This document shows positions 27,901 to 39,900 of a DNA stretch of 64,000 bases, piece after piece. A program made the translations under genes and the position numbers. Source of the DNA: Antedon mediterranea (Eukaryota > Animalia > Echinodermata); assembly GCF_964355755.1 (NCBI RefSeq), contig NC_092680.1, positions 15,571,045 to 15,635,044 of the forward strand, read 5' to 3'. The notes under the pieces are model-generated. The model did no database searches. It worked only from the letters and a program-made list of their open reading frames with translations, and was not told the origin of the DNA. Within the stretch, counting starts at the first letter, position 1, and every line of letters starts with the position of its first letter.

Positions 27901-30900
27901 AGTGTGATAATATGCTCAAATATTGTAGTGATGTGCCCAAATAGGGTTGGTAGTGATATGCCCAAATATGGTAATGATATGACTTCATCATGTCCATATA
28001 TGGGCACATCACATTTTTTTATCACATAATGATAAAGTTTGATAGTGCGAATAGAGCTTTAGTATATATTATGTTCTTATTTAGATGTTCACACCGATAT
28101 TTCCTGTGAATACCAGAGTTCAACGCCCATCTACGCATTCGCATTTCGAACACACTCACATGAACTTGGTCGCGTGATTACAGGTTATCGTATTCGTAAT
28201 GGACATTGGCAGCTTTTGGGAAAAGGCAACCCACAGTGGCCTCAGGTATGTAAAAGGAATTCTCATTAAAAAGTTAAACTACATCTATAACGGCACGTTT
28301 CATATTATATGGAATATAACAATGAATTTATTTAATAGTGAGCTTTTGATTTGTGACAACAGACCACCAAACTATGTCATTTTAATTCATTGTGCGCATA
28401 TTGAGATGCATATCTTCACTCCTTACTTCAACACATGTTTGATGGGTTCTAGGTCCAGGCGACGAATGACGACATATCGATTGACCTGATCTACATAGGT
28501 CGTTGACCATCGTAAATCAAAAGCTTGCTATCAATAATGTGAATCCGAGTATATACTGTATAATATATGCAAATGCATAATTATTTTGGGCCATAGCCTA
28601 TCAATCACTGTGATTAATATTGTATATGGATAGTTTAACTATTATTGGTGTGAAAATAACTGCGTAATAAAATGGATTTAATAGCCATTGTAACTGCAAC
28701 CAGATTAATTATTATCTATCTAGCAGCCGTCTTTACTAATTGCTTGATAAAAAGCTGTATTTGCATTTACCACTTAATCTCATCACAATCCAGCCTGGAC
28801 ATATCATTGTCCTCCTTAATAGCTATATTTAATAGGATTTCCTATGAATTATTACTTCTCATTTATGTAATATTATATGTCGGCAATAAATTATCTATAC
28901 AATTTGTCACGGTCAGCTTTTATTAAAAAAGATATCTTATTGCAACAAGGCAGAATTTGCAAGTAGATTCACAATAGTAAACATGTTCAAAGAAATGTTA
29001 AATAGTTTTACAATCTGTACAAAATACTCATGCATACAAAATTAAAAAAAATCTTCGACATCAATTAAGAAACAGACATTTTATATACAAAGTATCGATA
29101 GCCATCAGCTTCTGTTATCGGTAGTAAGGTTGCATCATCAATCCGTTGAGACCCTCAATTTGCACCGACAGTTTCTCCATCAGGACTTTTACTTGCCTGA
29201 GAAATATTCATGGATCAATTTACACTTGGGGCAATGCTATTTATGAAAGTAGGCAACCAAAGTACGTTCGTATTCATATGTTTCCATAAACAGTTTTGCA
29301 GGAATTAAAAAAAATATAGGCTAACAAACACAAGGAGACTCTTTCCTTTCCCGTGCTTTGTCATCTTTCGGTAAACTATTAGTGGTACAACCGCCTTGGC
29401 ATTTGAACAATTTCGTGTTGCTTTTATTATCTTGTTCATGCACTGACACACCTAGGTAAAGTATTACATTACAAGATTACAGATAATTACACAAGGCATT
29501 GCGCCCTCTACATTATTCGAAGTGGATAACTTCACAGTTGTCATGCCTAGAAATGATTTTAAAAATTTAGTACTTTATAATGCGCGTTATTGAAACTGAA
29601 AATAGTGAAAATGTTGTGTAATTGCCTTTAAAGCTTTGTTTAAAATGGCACATATCTCAATGCATTTCTAAGTTTAAATTTACAACTGATCAATTATGTG
29701 TTTGTATGTTTACCATACTAATCCAGGTATAATAATGTTATTCAAAGTGATTGGAGGTGCGTATTGCTGAGTGGGTATATGAGTACTGTAAGCGTTTCTG
29801 AAAGTAAAAACATTTTTTTATTTCACATTTAGGCATTTTATCCGATGGATGAAGAGTATGAAATTAAATATGGAGACATGGTTGCAGCGAGGTGTAGTTT
29901 TAGTGCACCCAATAGGGATACCTACACACAGGTTGGGTATGTAACATGTTTTATTGCTCAACTACATAGACTACTATACCAAGAACAAAATATAAAAAAA
30001 AATATTTTAGTAAAATGTAAATGAAATGTATGTGTTTTAAATTTATCGTCCCCAAAATCATGAAAAATGAAGATAATAAACAAAAATAGATCATTTCAAC
30101 AATATTTGCTTTAAATTACAGTTTTTTTAGGTAAATTTTTTTTTATCAAATTTTTTCTCAGAGTGCATAAACATTATTAATTTAAATGACATATTCAACA
30201 AAATCATTAGAAAAATTATTTTTTCAGGGAGACAATATATTTTTTATTCTTTCTTTAATTGAACATGAACATTATTTGTCGCGCCGCGGCTCTAGCCAGC
30301 TATGTCCCAGGAGGACACATTCATTAATAAGCTGTTTCATAGCGGTAGCTTTAGTATCTAAGGCTGACAGTTTTGTGAATTTGGAAACTCGACTATAATT
30401 TATAGGTAGCTGCTGGACCCAAAAAAACGTCTGGGAGAAGAGAGTCTATATGAAAGCCTTTGCTGATAATACAGTATTATTGAGATGTAGACGGAAATCT
30501 GTAAAATCTTGTTCAATAAATAATAACTTCGTTTTGCTGTCAACCAGGCCGGTATTATAATAAGTCACTGTCAAATAATCATTCGATAATGGTCAAAACT
30601 TTATTTTGGCTCTGTCAACATAAAGGGAGGTATTTACAATGACTTTCTTTTGACTGTCAATCTAGGCCAAGGTTATAATAATACGCCGTCAGATATTAAA
30701 TCATTGAAACAGTCCTGGTAAATTTTTTTTTGGTTATCAGATGCCGGGGGGGGGGGGTCCAATCAATTATCGTCAGAAGGTGAACAATCAGTCTAGGTAG
30801 CAGCAGCAGATTATTATTAACGCCTGCTCCATTAATTAATCCAGAAAAAGGTTTGTACATTATCTATTTGTTTATTAGCCTTCTCCTAACACAATTATAT

Positions 30901-33900
30901 TTTCTTTAAAAAAAGGTTTTATAAGTGGTTTCAACATTTACGATAGTAATTTCACAGTTCTGTGTCTGGACGCAAGTTCATAGACCTACTAGTTATATTA
31001 TTCATATTAACTGATACTTACTCTTCATTTACCGTAAAGTTCAGTTTTAATGAAATATATAATATAAATTGGCTTCGTAACAATTAATTAGTGTTGAAAA
31101 GGTTAGTTTTTTGGTGATAGGTGAAAATGACATGTCACTTCGTAATCAATTTATTTTTTTGGTATAAAGGCCCAATTACACTATGACGATAACGACGGAC
31201 GATAAATATATAGCATGCATTTTTTTTACATAAACCAAAAGAAATTAGAAAGGTTTTCGTTCTAGACCTATAGGATAATCATTTATGCTGTCTTTGATAA
31301 AAATAATGTTTTTCAAATTCCAATCAAATGACGTCATGATAAATAAAAACAATAAAATCGCTGTATTGTCACGGTATTATTGGTCTTACTAATCATGACG
31401 TCATTTGATTGGACGTGTGAAAATATAATTTTCATCAAAGGAATTGTTTATATTTCTTTTGGTTTATGTATTAAAAATGCACATTTGTCTATTTATCGTC
31501 GATCGTTATCGTCCTAGTGTATGGGCCTTATGCTGTAAATGTTCAATTAATTGATCATTCCGATTTGATTAGTTGGACTCTTGCACAGTTGCTGTCTAAT
31601 CGTTGTTGTGTAATATCATTTCGAACCATATTAAAATCATAAAGAGATTCATATTCCTTAACATGTGGCTGTGCATGGAAGTCCGGTCTACAAAAACTCG
31701 GGCCCGGGATCATTGTTATTGGGCCTGAAAGTGTTGGTGAATTCATAATTATACTTAATATTATATTTATATATATATATATATAATTATATTATTATAC
31801 AATTGAAAGCAAAACCCATTGAATCTCAAATCATTAGGACTAGAAATTTGGCTTATCAATCAAATAAATACTCTCGTTCAAAATGAAACTCCAACCTCTC
31901 TAATCAAAAGATTGAACTCGAAAACGGACCGTTTTTTGAATTGGGTATGTTGAAACATTTCAATATTCATTTAAAAAAGAACATTAATTATGGTATTGAT
32001 CAGTGGCTATAGAGGCGTAAAAACCCTCGGTCAATATCATGTAAAATGCACTGTGGAAGGGTCATTATTAAGACTGCAAAATTGGGCTTATCAACAAATA
32101 AATACTTTCGTTCAAAATGTAAAATCAAGGCTGAAAAATTGGGCTTATCAACAACAAAATATTTTATTATTAGACGCGATAACATCAAGGATAGTCAGTA
32201 TAATTATTAATATAGCCACTGTTACTAGTTTTATTCTACATGCTAAAGTAAATAAAAATCCACTAGAAAACAAACCAGTCTGAATGTTATGCTTATTAGC
32301 CATGTTATGTTTGTTACTGTAGGCCTATGATTGTTTGCAATGTCCACATATTATTTCCGTGGGCATATCCATAGTGTATCACTCACAAAAAAGACGTGTG
32401 AGGTTCTTTCTTTAGATTTTGAAGAATGATTTGTGTTACAGGTTCACACAAGAGTCAAATGCTCAAGATATCGGCTAACGCCATGGGACCCTTGGCTTAT
32501 CAATGAATAATAAATACAGTACTACTTTCGTTCAATTGAAATCAGAATCTGACCGTTTCATTAAATTGGGTGTGATTAGGCCTAAACATATAATAATTTA
32601 TTAAAAAGGTACAATAAAAACAAATGCATCAGAGGCGTAAAGAACCCACGGTCAATATCATGTAAAATGTATATGGTATAAGCACTGTGGAAGGGGTCAT
32701 TATTATTAAACTGGAAAATTCGGCTTATCAACAAATAAATACTTTCGTTTAAAATGTAAAATAAGACTGCAAAATTGGGCTTATCAACAAATAAAATACT
32801 TTTTTTTCAAAATGTAAAATTAAGACTGGAAAATTGGGCTTATAAACAAATAAATACTTTTTTTCAAAATGTAAGAAAACTTTTTTTAAATATAATCCTT
32901 AAGCTCTGTCTATACTATCAAACTAAATATGATGTGCCCATATTATATAGACATGACAATGTCATATCACTACGATATTCGGGCATATCACTACCATATT
33001 TGGGCACATCACACTTTTTTTTTGTTAAACTAGTTGGGACAGTGTAGACACAGAACTATGTGATCGAAACATAAGTCGGAATTGGACTGACGCGATTGAT
33101 TTAATTGGGTATTTTTATTAATGTAACGATTCATTAAAAACTATAATACCGATGCGCGTTTGGTATTGATCAATGGTGCAAAAAACCCTGAGAAATAATG
33201 TTATAACGCGATTTGGTGATAGCTTAGCAATAATACAACCCATATACTATTATTATAAATACCTATATTACAAATCCATTCATATAACTTTTCATCGCGA
33301 ACCGAAAATGTATAAATGTTATTCTACAGACAGTAATTATATATTCAAAAGCCATATTATTATTATTATCAATACCTAAATGCGATAGTAATAACCACAT
33401 AAACATACATTATTCCTATTACAAGTTTGTGCGTTTAATTCTAGAAAGAAACGACTGTGCTGACAGTCCAATGACATAAATCACAAGTAAAGTCCCAATT
33501 GTTCACTTGCGTTTTGATTGGCCGACCTATTATATTAAATTAATGAAGACTGTTCTTACAACTGTCCAGTCAAAAAGTTACGCGGCGTTTTTTGTAAGAA
33601 ATATTTCTTGTTTATTTCTTTTTATAATAGGAAGCAATTGTTCCATACATGGCCTGTTCATGAGTTCACATAATGAGACTCACTATTTATTTTGTCATCA
33701 AACACAAAAATGTTGTCTCTTTTCCAAAAGGTTCATTTTCATTTTTTATTCTGTTTGAATTTGTTAACAGACCAACTGGACATGATGAGATGTGCAACTT
33801 TTACATGATGTACTATACCGATTCAGAACTTGGCTCATCATTTGAACAATGCCTCAATAATCAGAATCCCCAACTCTTTAAAAAGGTTCTACCTGGATCC

Positions 33901-36900
33901 GACGACCCACCCCCAGACCCAATTGGATTCGAACCAGGCATGATGCATCATCACCATAATGAAGAAAATCCTGTTGAGATCTCTATACCAGCGTACGACC
34001 ATGCGCATGATATTGATAACGGTGTTCATGAAGATTATGTGGCAAACGAGGGGGATGATGTTCTACTGCAATTGACCACTCCGTTGGGGAAGGAAGCGAC
34101 TCATCAGCCTGAGACAACAATGGAAGAAATATCAAGTGTTGCTGCCATCCAAAGTCCACAAGGGGACAATGAAGGTCAACAACTTCAAAGTAAAGCAGGT
34201 AAATAATCATAAAAGCTTTGCATAAATTAGCACCTAAATATGGATCTCAGATATATCTGAGTTTTCTAGTGCCATTCTTCAACTAGAAAACTCAGATCAT
34301 CAAATGGATTGTTTCATTATTAATTAATTAGGTTTAGCATTTAGGCCTAGCTAAGCAAACTTGTGAAGTAGGCCTATATAGGCCTACTAGCTAGGCCCAT
34401 GGAGTAAGGCTTAGCCATAGCGAGTAGGCCTAGCATTTTTTTTTTGAAATTCACATAACTCTAACTTGTAATACCAGGCAACTCTGCCTAAGTCGAATCT
34501 AATGGGGCAATCATAACAAGTTAATTAGGTATAAGTTAGCCAAGTTTGGTACGAGTTGGCATGGCTGGGGCGGATCCAGAGGGGGGGGGGGGTCCATGGG
34601 GTCCGGACCCCCCCTAAATTTTAAGGGTGCCCTTTTTTTAGAGGTTCAATATTTTATTCGTGTGACATATATGTGTGTATATTAGTATGTACAGAGTAGG
34701 CTACACTAACCCCAAAAATTAAAACAGAAATTTATCACAATGAGCGCGATGTTAAGTTACGGCAGCCAATCAAAGAGCATCGTGAGAGGTGGTGACGCGT
34801 GATGATCTCTACTTAAACTTCTAAAAATAGATCGTTTCACATACTACAGAGGGCGCATGTAAACTTTTTACGATTCAACTCCGCGTACATTACCATGCGC
34901 GCTATGTCATTGACGCGATTATTTGTCCATTGGTAAACACATTTTTATGTATTATTATTCTGAAAATAATTGAACTGTAAACATAATTCTTTTGAGTATT
35001 TGTTTATTTACATATCATTCCATCAGATCAACTATTTTTTATTTCCATTACATCCAACCAAACATGTAAAAATGTAGTTAAAATATCGTACTATCTAGCG
35101 CGTACGACCATACGCGGTAGATTGTTTACTCAAAAATCATCGAACGGTCCTTACACTATTCAACCTTGTTTTTGTAGTTGAGCCTCTCATGACCTGGGAT
35201 TTGTTTGTCTTCCTACGCCAAGATAATATAGTTCTACAAGCCATGTGCTTTTTTCTCTGAGAAATATTTATTACAAGTGCCAAAAAAATGTTTTTTTCTC
35301 GATATGAAGCCTTTATTATTCAAATCTTTTAAAGAAAAATCACACATACCATAAAGAATTCATTTATTTCATTTTTGAAACAATATTTGTGAAAATTACG
35401 TGAGGCTCAACTACAAAACCACCATTTTGTGATATGAGGTCATCGTAAGCCAATCAAAGCTGAGTTTTCCCGCGATCGGCAGAGCTTACGGTTGAATGAT
35501 TTTGGATTCTGGCTATTTGATTGGTGGACGCGAATCACCCACAGCGGAATGTTTTCTCTCGCGTGTACCAAGAAGTCACGTGATCTCTCTGTACTGAACG
35601 GTACTACACAAATTTAGAGCAATGAATTTGTACGAATTCCATTAAATAAACAACTCTATATATTTTATAAACATTTAATAACATATTTTATTGATATAAA
35701 ACGTAATTATATGTAATTATTTTAGCGAAAAATGGCACAATTTGTTTACAACGTTCGTGGCTATAAAGCGTTGTTCCCACTAGCGACGCAACACAAGGAC
35801 GTAACGCAACGCAAGTGAATTGACCAATCACAAGCAATGGGTTATTCGCTTGTGATTGACAATTGACAATTTTAAATATCTTGGACTTACATTTGATTCA
35901 TTTATGTCATGGAAACAGCATGTTGAACAAGTAGCTTCTAGAGTATCACAACGTATCGGTATTATTCGTAGATTAAGATATTATATTCCAAATTTTGCTT
36001 TAAGACTACTTGCTAATGCAATAGTATTACCCTGTTTTGATTACTGTAGTAATGTTTGGTCAAATTGTAACTTAGAACTTGTTAATCGTCTTCAAGTACT
36101 TCAAAATAGAGTAGCTAGAATCATTCTTTATGCTGATATGTACACCCCTATAACAGAATTGATGTCCTCACTAAAATGGAAGAGTGTGGGAAAATGATTT
36201 ATTAATTATGTTATTTAAATGCCTACAGGGTTTAGCACCATCTTATTTAGCAAATCTATTCAAATTTATGGACACTTTTCACACAAAAAATACAAGAAGT
36301 CAATCAACTAAAACTCTAAATGTTCCAGCATGGAACAATATTTATGGAAAGAGAATGTTTAATTATAGAGCATCAACCTTATGGAATAATCTTCCTGTAC
36401 ATATCCGTAAAAATTATGAGACACTTAGTCAAGTTGAATTTAAACATCTTGTATAACTTCTATTGTACATAGTTTTAATATAGCTTTTACTTTTATTTTT
36501 CTTGTATTTTTTTCCAAATCTGGACCTCTTGGGAGACCAGTACTTGTGTATTGAAAGAGCTATTCCAGAATAAAGAAAGAATTGTATTGTATTGTATTGT
36601 ATTGCTAACTGTATATAACTTTGCTTGTCATTGGTTAAAACGCTTGCGTTGCGTTTACGTCCTTGCGTTACGTTCTAGTGGGAACCAAGCTTTAACGATC
36701 ATTTTCGGCAATGTTTTAGACCCTATATTTCGAAAACTACAAGTCAGATTTTCGTAATTCTTTCTTTATTGGAATATTGAAACAAAATACCAACAGATAA
36801 TGTTTAAATTGGTTGAAAAATAACAACTTTTAATTTTGCATTGTTATCCCTGCTAATAAAGTGTTATTTCCGGCGAACTAGAAAGGTGCCATTTATCATG

Positions 36901-39900
36901 GATTTTGCGTGCGAGAGTGCCATTTCCGGCCATCTAAGTGTGTCCTGTAACAAAATTTGCTTTGCCACAACCCCCACCATGGGGGGGCTGTGGCTCAAAT
37001 ACTCAATATCTGATGTGCCCTTTTTATTGGCGGACCCCCCTCTCAAAAATGTCTGGATCCGCCCCAGCATGGGTACATGTTAGTTTGGTAACGAGTTGAC
37101 CAGCACCCTCTGATATATCTGAGATCATCTGAGTTTTCTGGACACCCCCTAAATGTGTCTAAAAGAATAATTTACAATACATAAATGTACTACAAAAATG
37201 TTGGAATCAGTGGCATTGTACTGTACAATTATTATATAAAAATATCAAAAAAAAAGAGAATATCAATATATATACATAAAATATAAATTCATTTAAAGGG
37301 AAATCATTTCAACAAATATACAGACATTCAATGAATGGAGGCTAGAATTATAGGTTCTGGTACTAAATATTTCAATAACTTAAAATAACAAAATTTCAAT
37401 AATGGTGAGGCTCATTTTGTAACGAGATATAACATTTGTCTGTTGTACCAAGCTATCCTTAAACAGAAATGACAGTTGATCAAGTAAATTTAGATTTTAA
37501 AACTTATTAATATTTCTAATTCACAGAGTTACAGTATGTTAAGAACTGGCCAGAGAGTGATTTAGGTTTGGGTCAAGTGTCGGGTGTGGCTGTTGACTCA
37601 AAAGGAACTGTACATGTGTTCCACAGAGGTGACAGGGTCTGGGATACCAGGTAGGTAGACAAAAATGCAGTGATATAACTATACTATTCTATCTATCAAT
37701 AAAACTTACTTACAGAAACTACAAGAGTGGCCTTAAGCTCATCTGTTTATACTATCAAATTAAGTTTTACAAAATAGTTTGATTTGCCCAAATATGGTAG
37801 TGATATGACAGCATCATGTCCATATATAGGCATATTACATATTTTGTCACATATATTTTGATAGACAGAGCTTTATGTCCTAATGAGATGAATTTTCCAT
37901 ACCTCTTTATGAGCAATTCAAATCACTTAAAACTGAACATACGTTTTTAATAGTTTACTTCTCTTAACACTATAAAGAACATTCACTTTGCTTGTGTACC
38001 TTTTAGTAAGTCCCAACAGATGCTCCTTAAATGCTGTAATGAAGCTTCGTCATAAAAACTGGAAATTGTAAGGCTGTTGATGTTGATTTATGTAGTCAAA
38101 TCAATTTCTCACCCTAAGAGTTTATTCCAAACAAGAACATTAGTCGAAATATCGAATAAAATGATATGAAAGATTAATCCAATTTATTTATATAGTTCAT
38201 TTGATCGCAACAACAACTTTGTAGGCAAAAGTGCCATAGAACAAGATACAGTGGTGACGCTTGACAAAGACACAGGCAGTAAGAAAGAATCTTGGGGAGC
38301 CAGTCAGTAAGTACAATATATTATAGTATTTTATATAACACCTAAATAGATTCTTTTGGTTGGATGATTGTAGGTCACACGATAAAAATAAGTGCCCTAT
38401 TTTTACGCTCATGAGTGCGGTGTATTTCTATATTTGTCGGGGGAAGACCAGATGGTGCAAGACGTTAACAACAGTACAGCAACAAAGCTTTGAGCATGCT
38501 CTTTGTTTAGTGGAATGGAAGAATGGAACTACGCCACCTTCCTTTCACCTCATGAAATTATTTGTACCATTTCACTCATAAGCATTATTTCATTTCATTT
38601 TGTAGATTTTCTGTGGCATGCTGTCCATTATTTTTCAAGTAGATTCTTGACAAAAATCTACTTTAGTCTATCGGCTTAAAAATATAAATTTTGGGTAGAT
38701 TATTAGAAATGTGATTTAAATGCATATTTTGACATCACCTTTTCATATAATGTTTCAGTTGGCTGTTTTAAACATTGTTTAATGTTGGCGATACTAAAAT
38801 TTGTATTGGTGCGTATCAGTTCTTAGAGATAGTTTATATAGAAATTAATTTCAGACCCATCAACAATATTTATAAATTTGTTAAAAATGGTAATTTCTAA
38901 ATACTGTTGAGGGAATGAATAGACGGTAGAACATTATATATGTTATTACCTCCGCCAAGGAGGTTATGTTTTCACCCCTGTATGTTTGTGTGTGTGTGTG
39001 TGTGTTTGTGTGTGTGTCTGTGAACAGCCTGGAGGCCACAGTTTTTATCCGATTCTAACCAAATTTGGACACAATGATATATGCCCAAAAAGCTCGGACG
39101 AGTTCGAATTTGAGGGGGAAAGGTCATAGGTCAAGGTCACAACTAACGAAAAACTATTTTACTGCCTAGAGACCACAGTTTTGATCCGATTCTCACCAAA
39201 GTTAGCCACAATGATCAATGACACATCATATAATTGTGGTTAAATTTTAAAGGGTCAGGGTCAAAAATCAATGTCCACAAAAAAAAAAAAAATAAAAAAT
39301 AAAAAAATAATAAAAAAAAAAAAAACCCTCAGTGGGACTTGAACCAGCGATCTCAACTGTGAGTGGCTGGATACATAACCATTACACCACACTGTCATCC
39401 ACAACTTTGTAGTGTGCAGTTAACATATTTACACTTAGAACTAATAAAAAAAAATGTAAAAAAAAAAATATTCAGGGGGCATTTTATGTTGGGGAATTTT
39501 ACAGTAGGCGGAGGTTTGTACTCTCGGAGTACCCTCTAGTTATATTATCTTAAGGATGAGTATCTGTTTTCATAACACATGATCCTACAGACTGTATCCT
39601 CACAAATTTCTTGTTATTGCTTGATTTAAAGAGTGATAAATATAGTTCCTTTATGCAAATCCAGCATCATTGCTTATACTGTGTTTCTTTTTTCTTTTTA
39701 ACTTACCTTCCTTCCGCTCTGTCATGAAAGAAAAAATGAAGTATTTTATTTATTGTTTTTCAAAAAAATAAAACAATATTATTTCAACATCCTTGTGATA
39801 TTATGCTAAGCAATCCAGCTTCTGCTTTGTCTAGAAAAAACAATTAAGTATTGTAAATAATTGGTAAAATGTATTTATTATTGAAAACAAAATTGATAAA

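Larger units (their letters stand above)
34565..37067. mobile_element. hAT-like TIR element with 5-bp TSD (CATGG), containing nested insertions
   Basis: Perfect 16-bp TIR CTGGGGCGGATCCAGA / TCTGGATCCGCCCCAG; CATGG at 34560-34564 and 37068-37072. Confidence 0.8.

Noticed and set aside
29190-29300. Minus-strand CxxC peptide (LVAYFHK*HCPKCK) reminiscent of thioredoxin
   Set aside because: In-frame stops, no splice sites, and too short to support homology.
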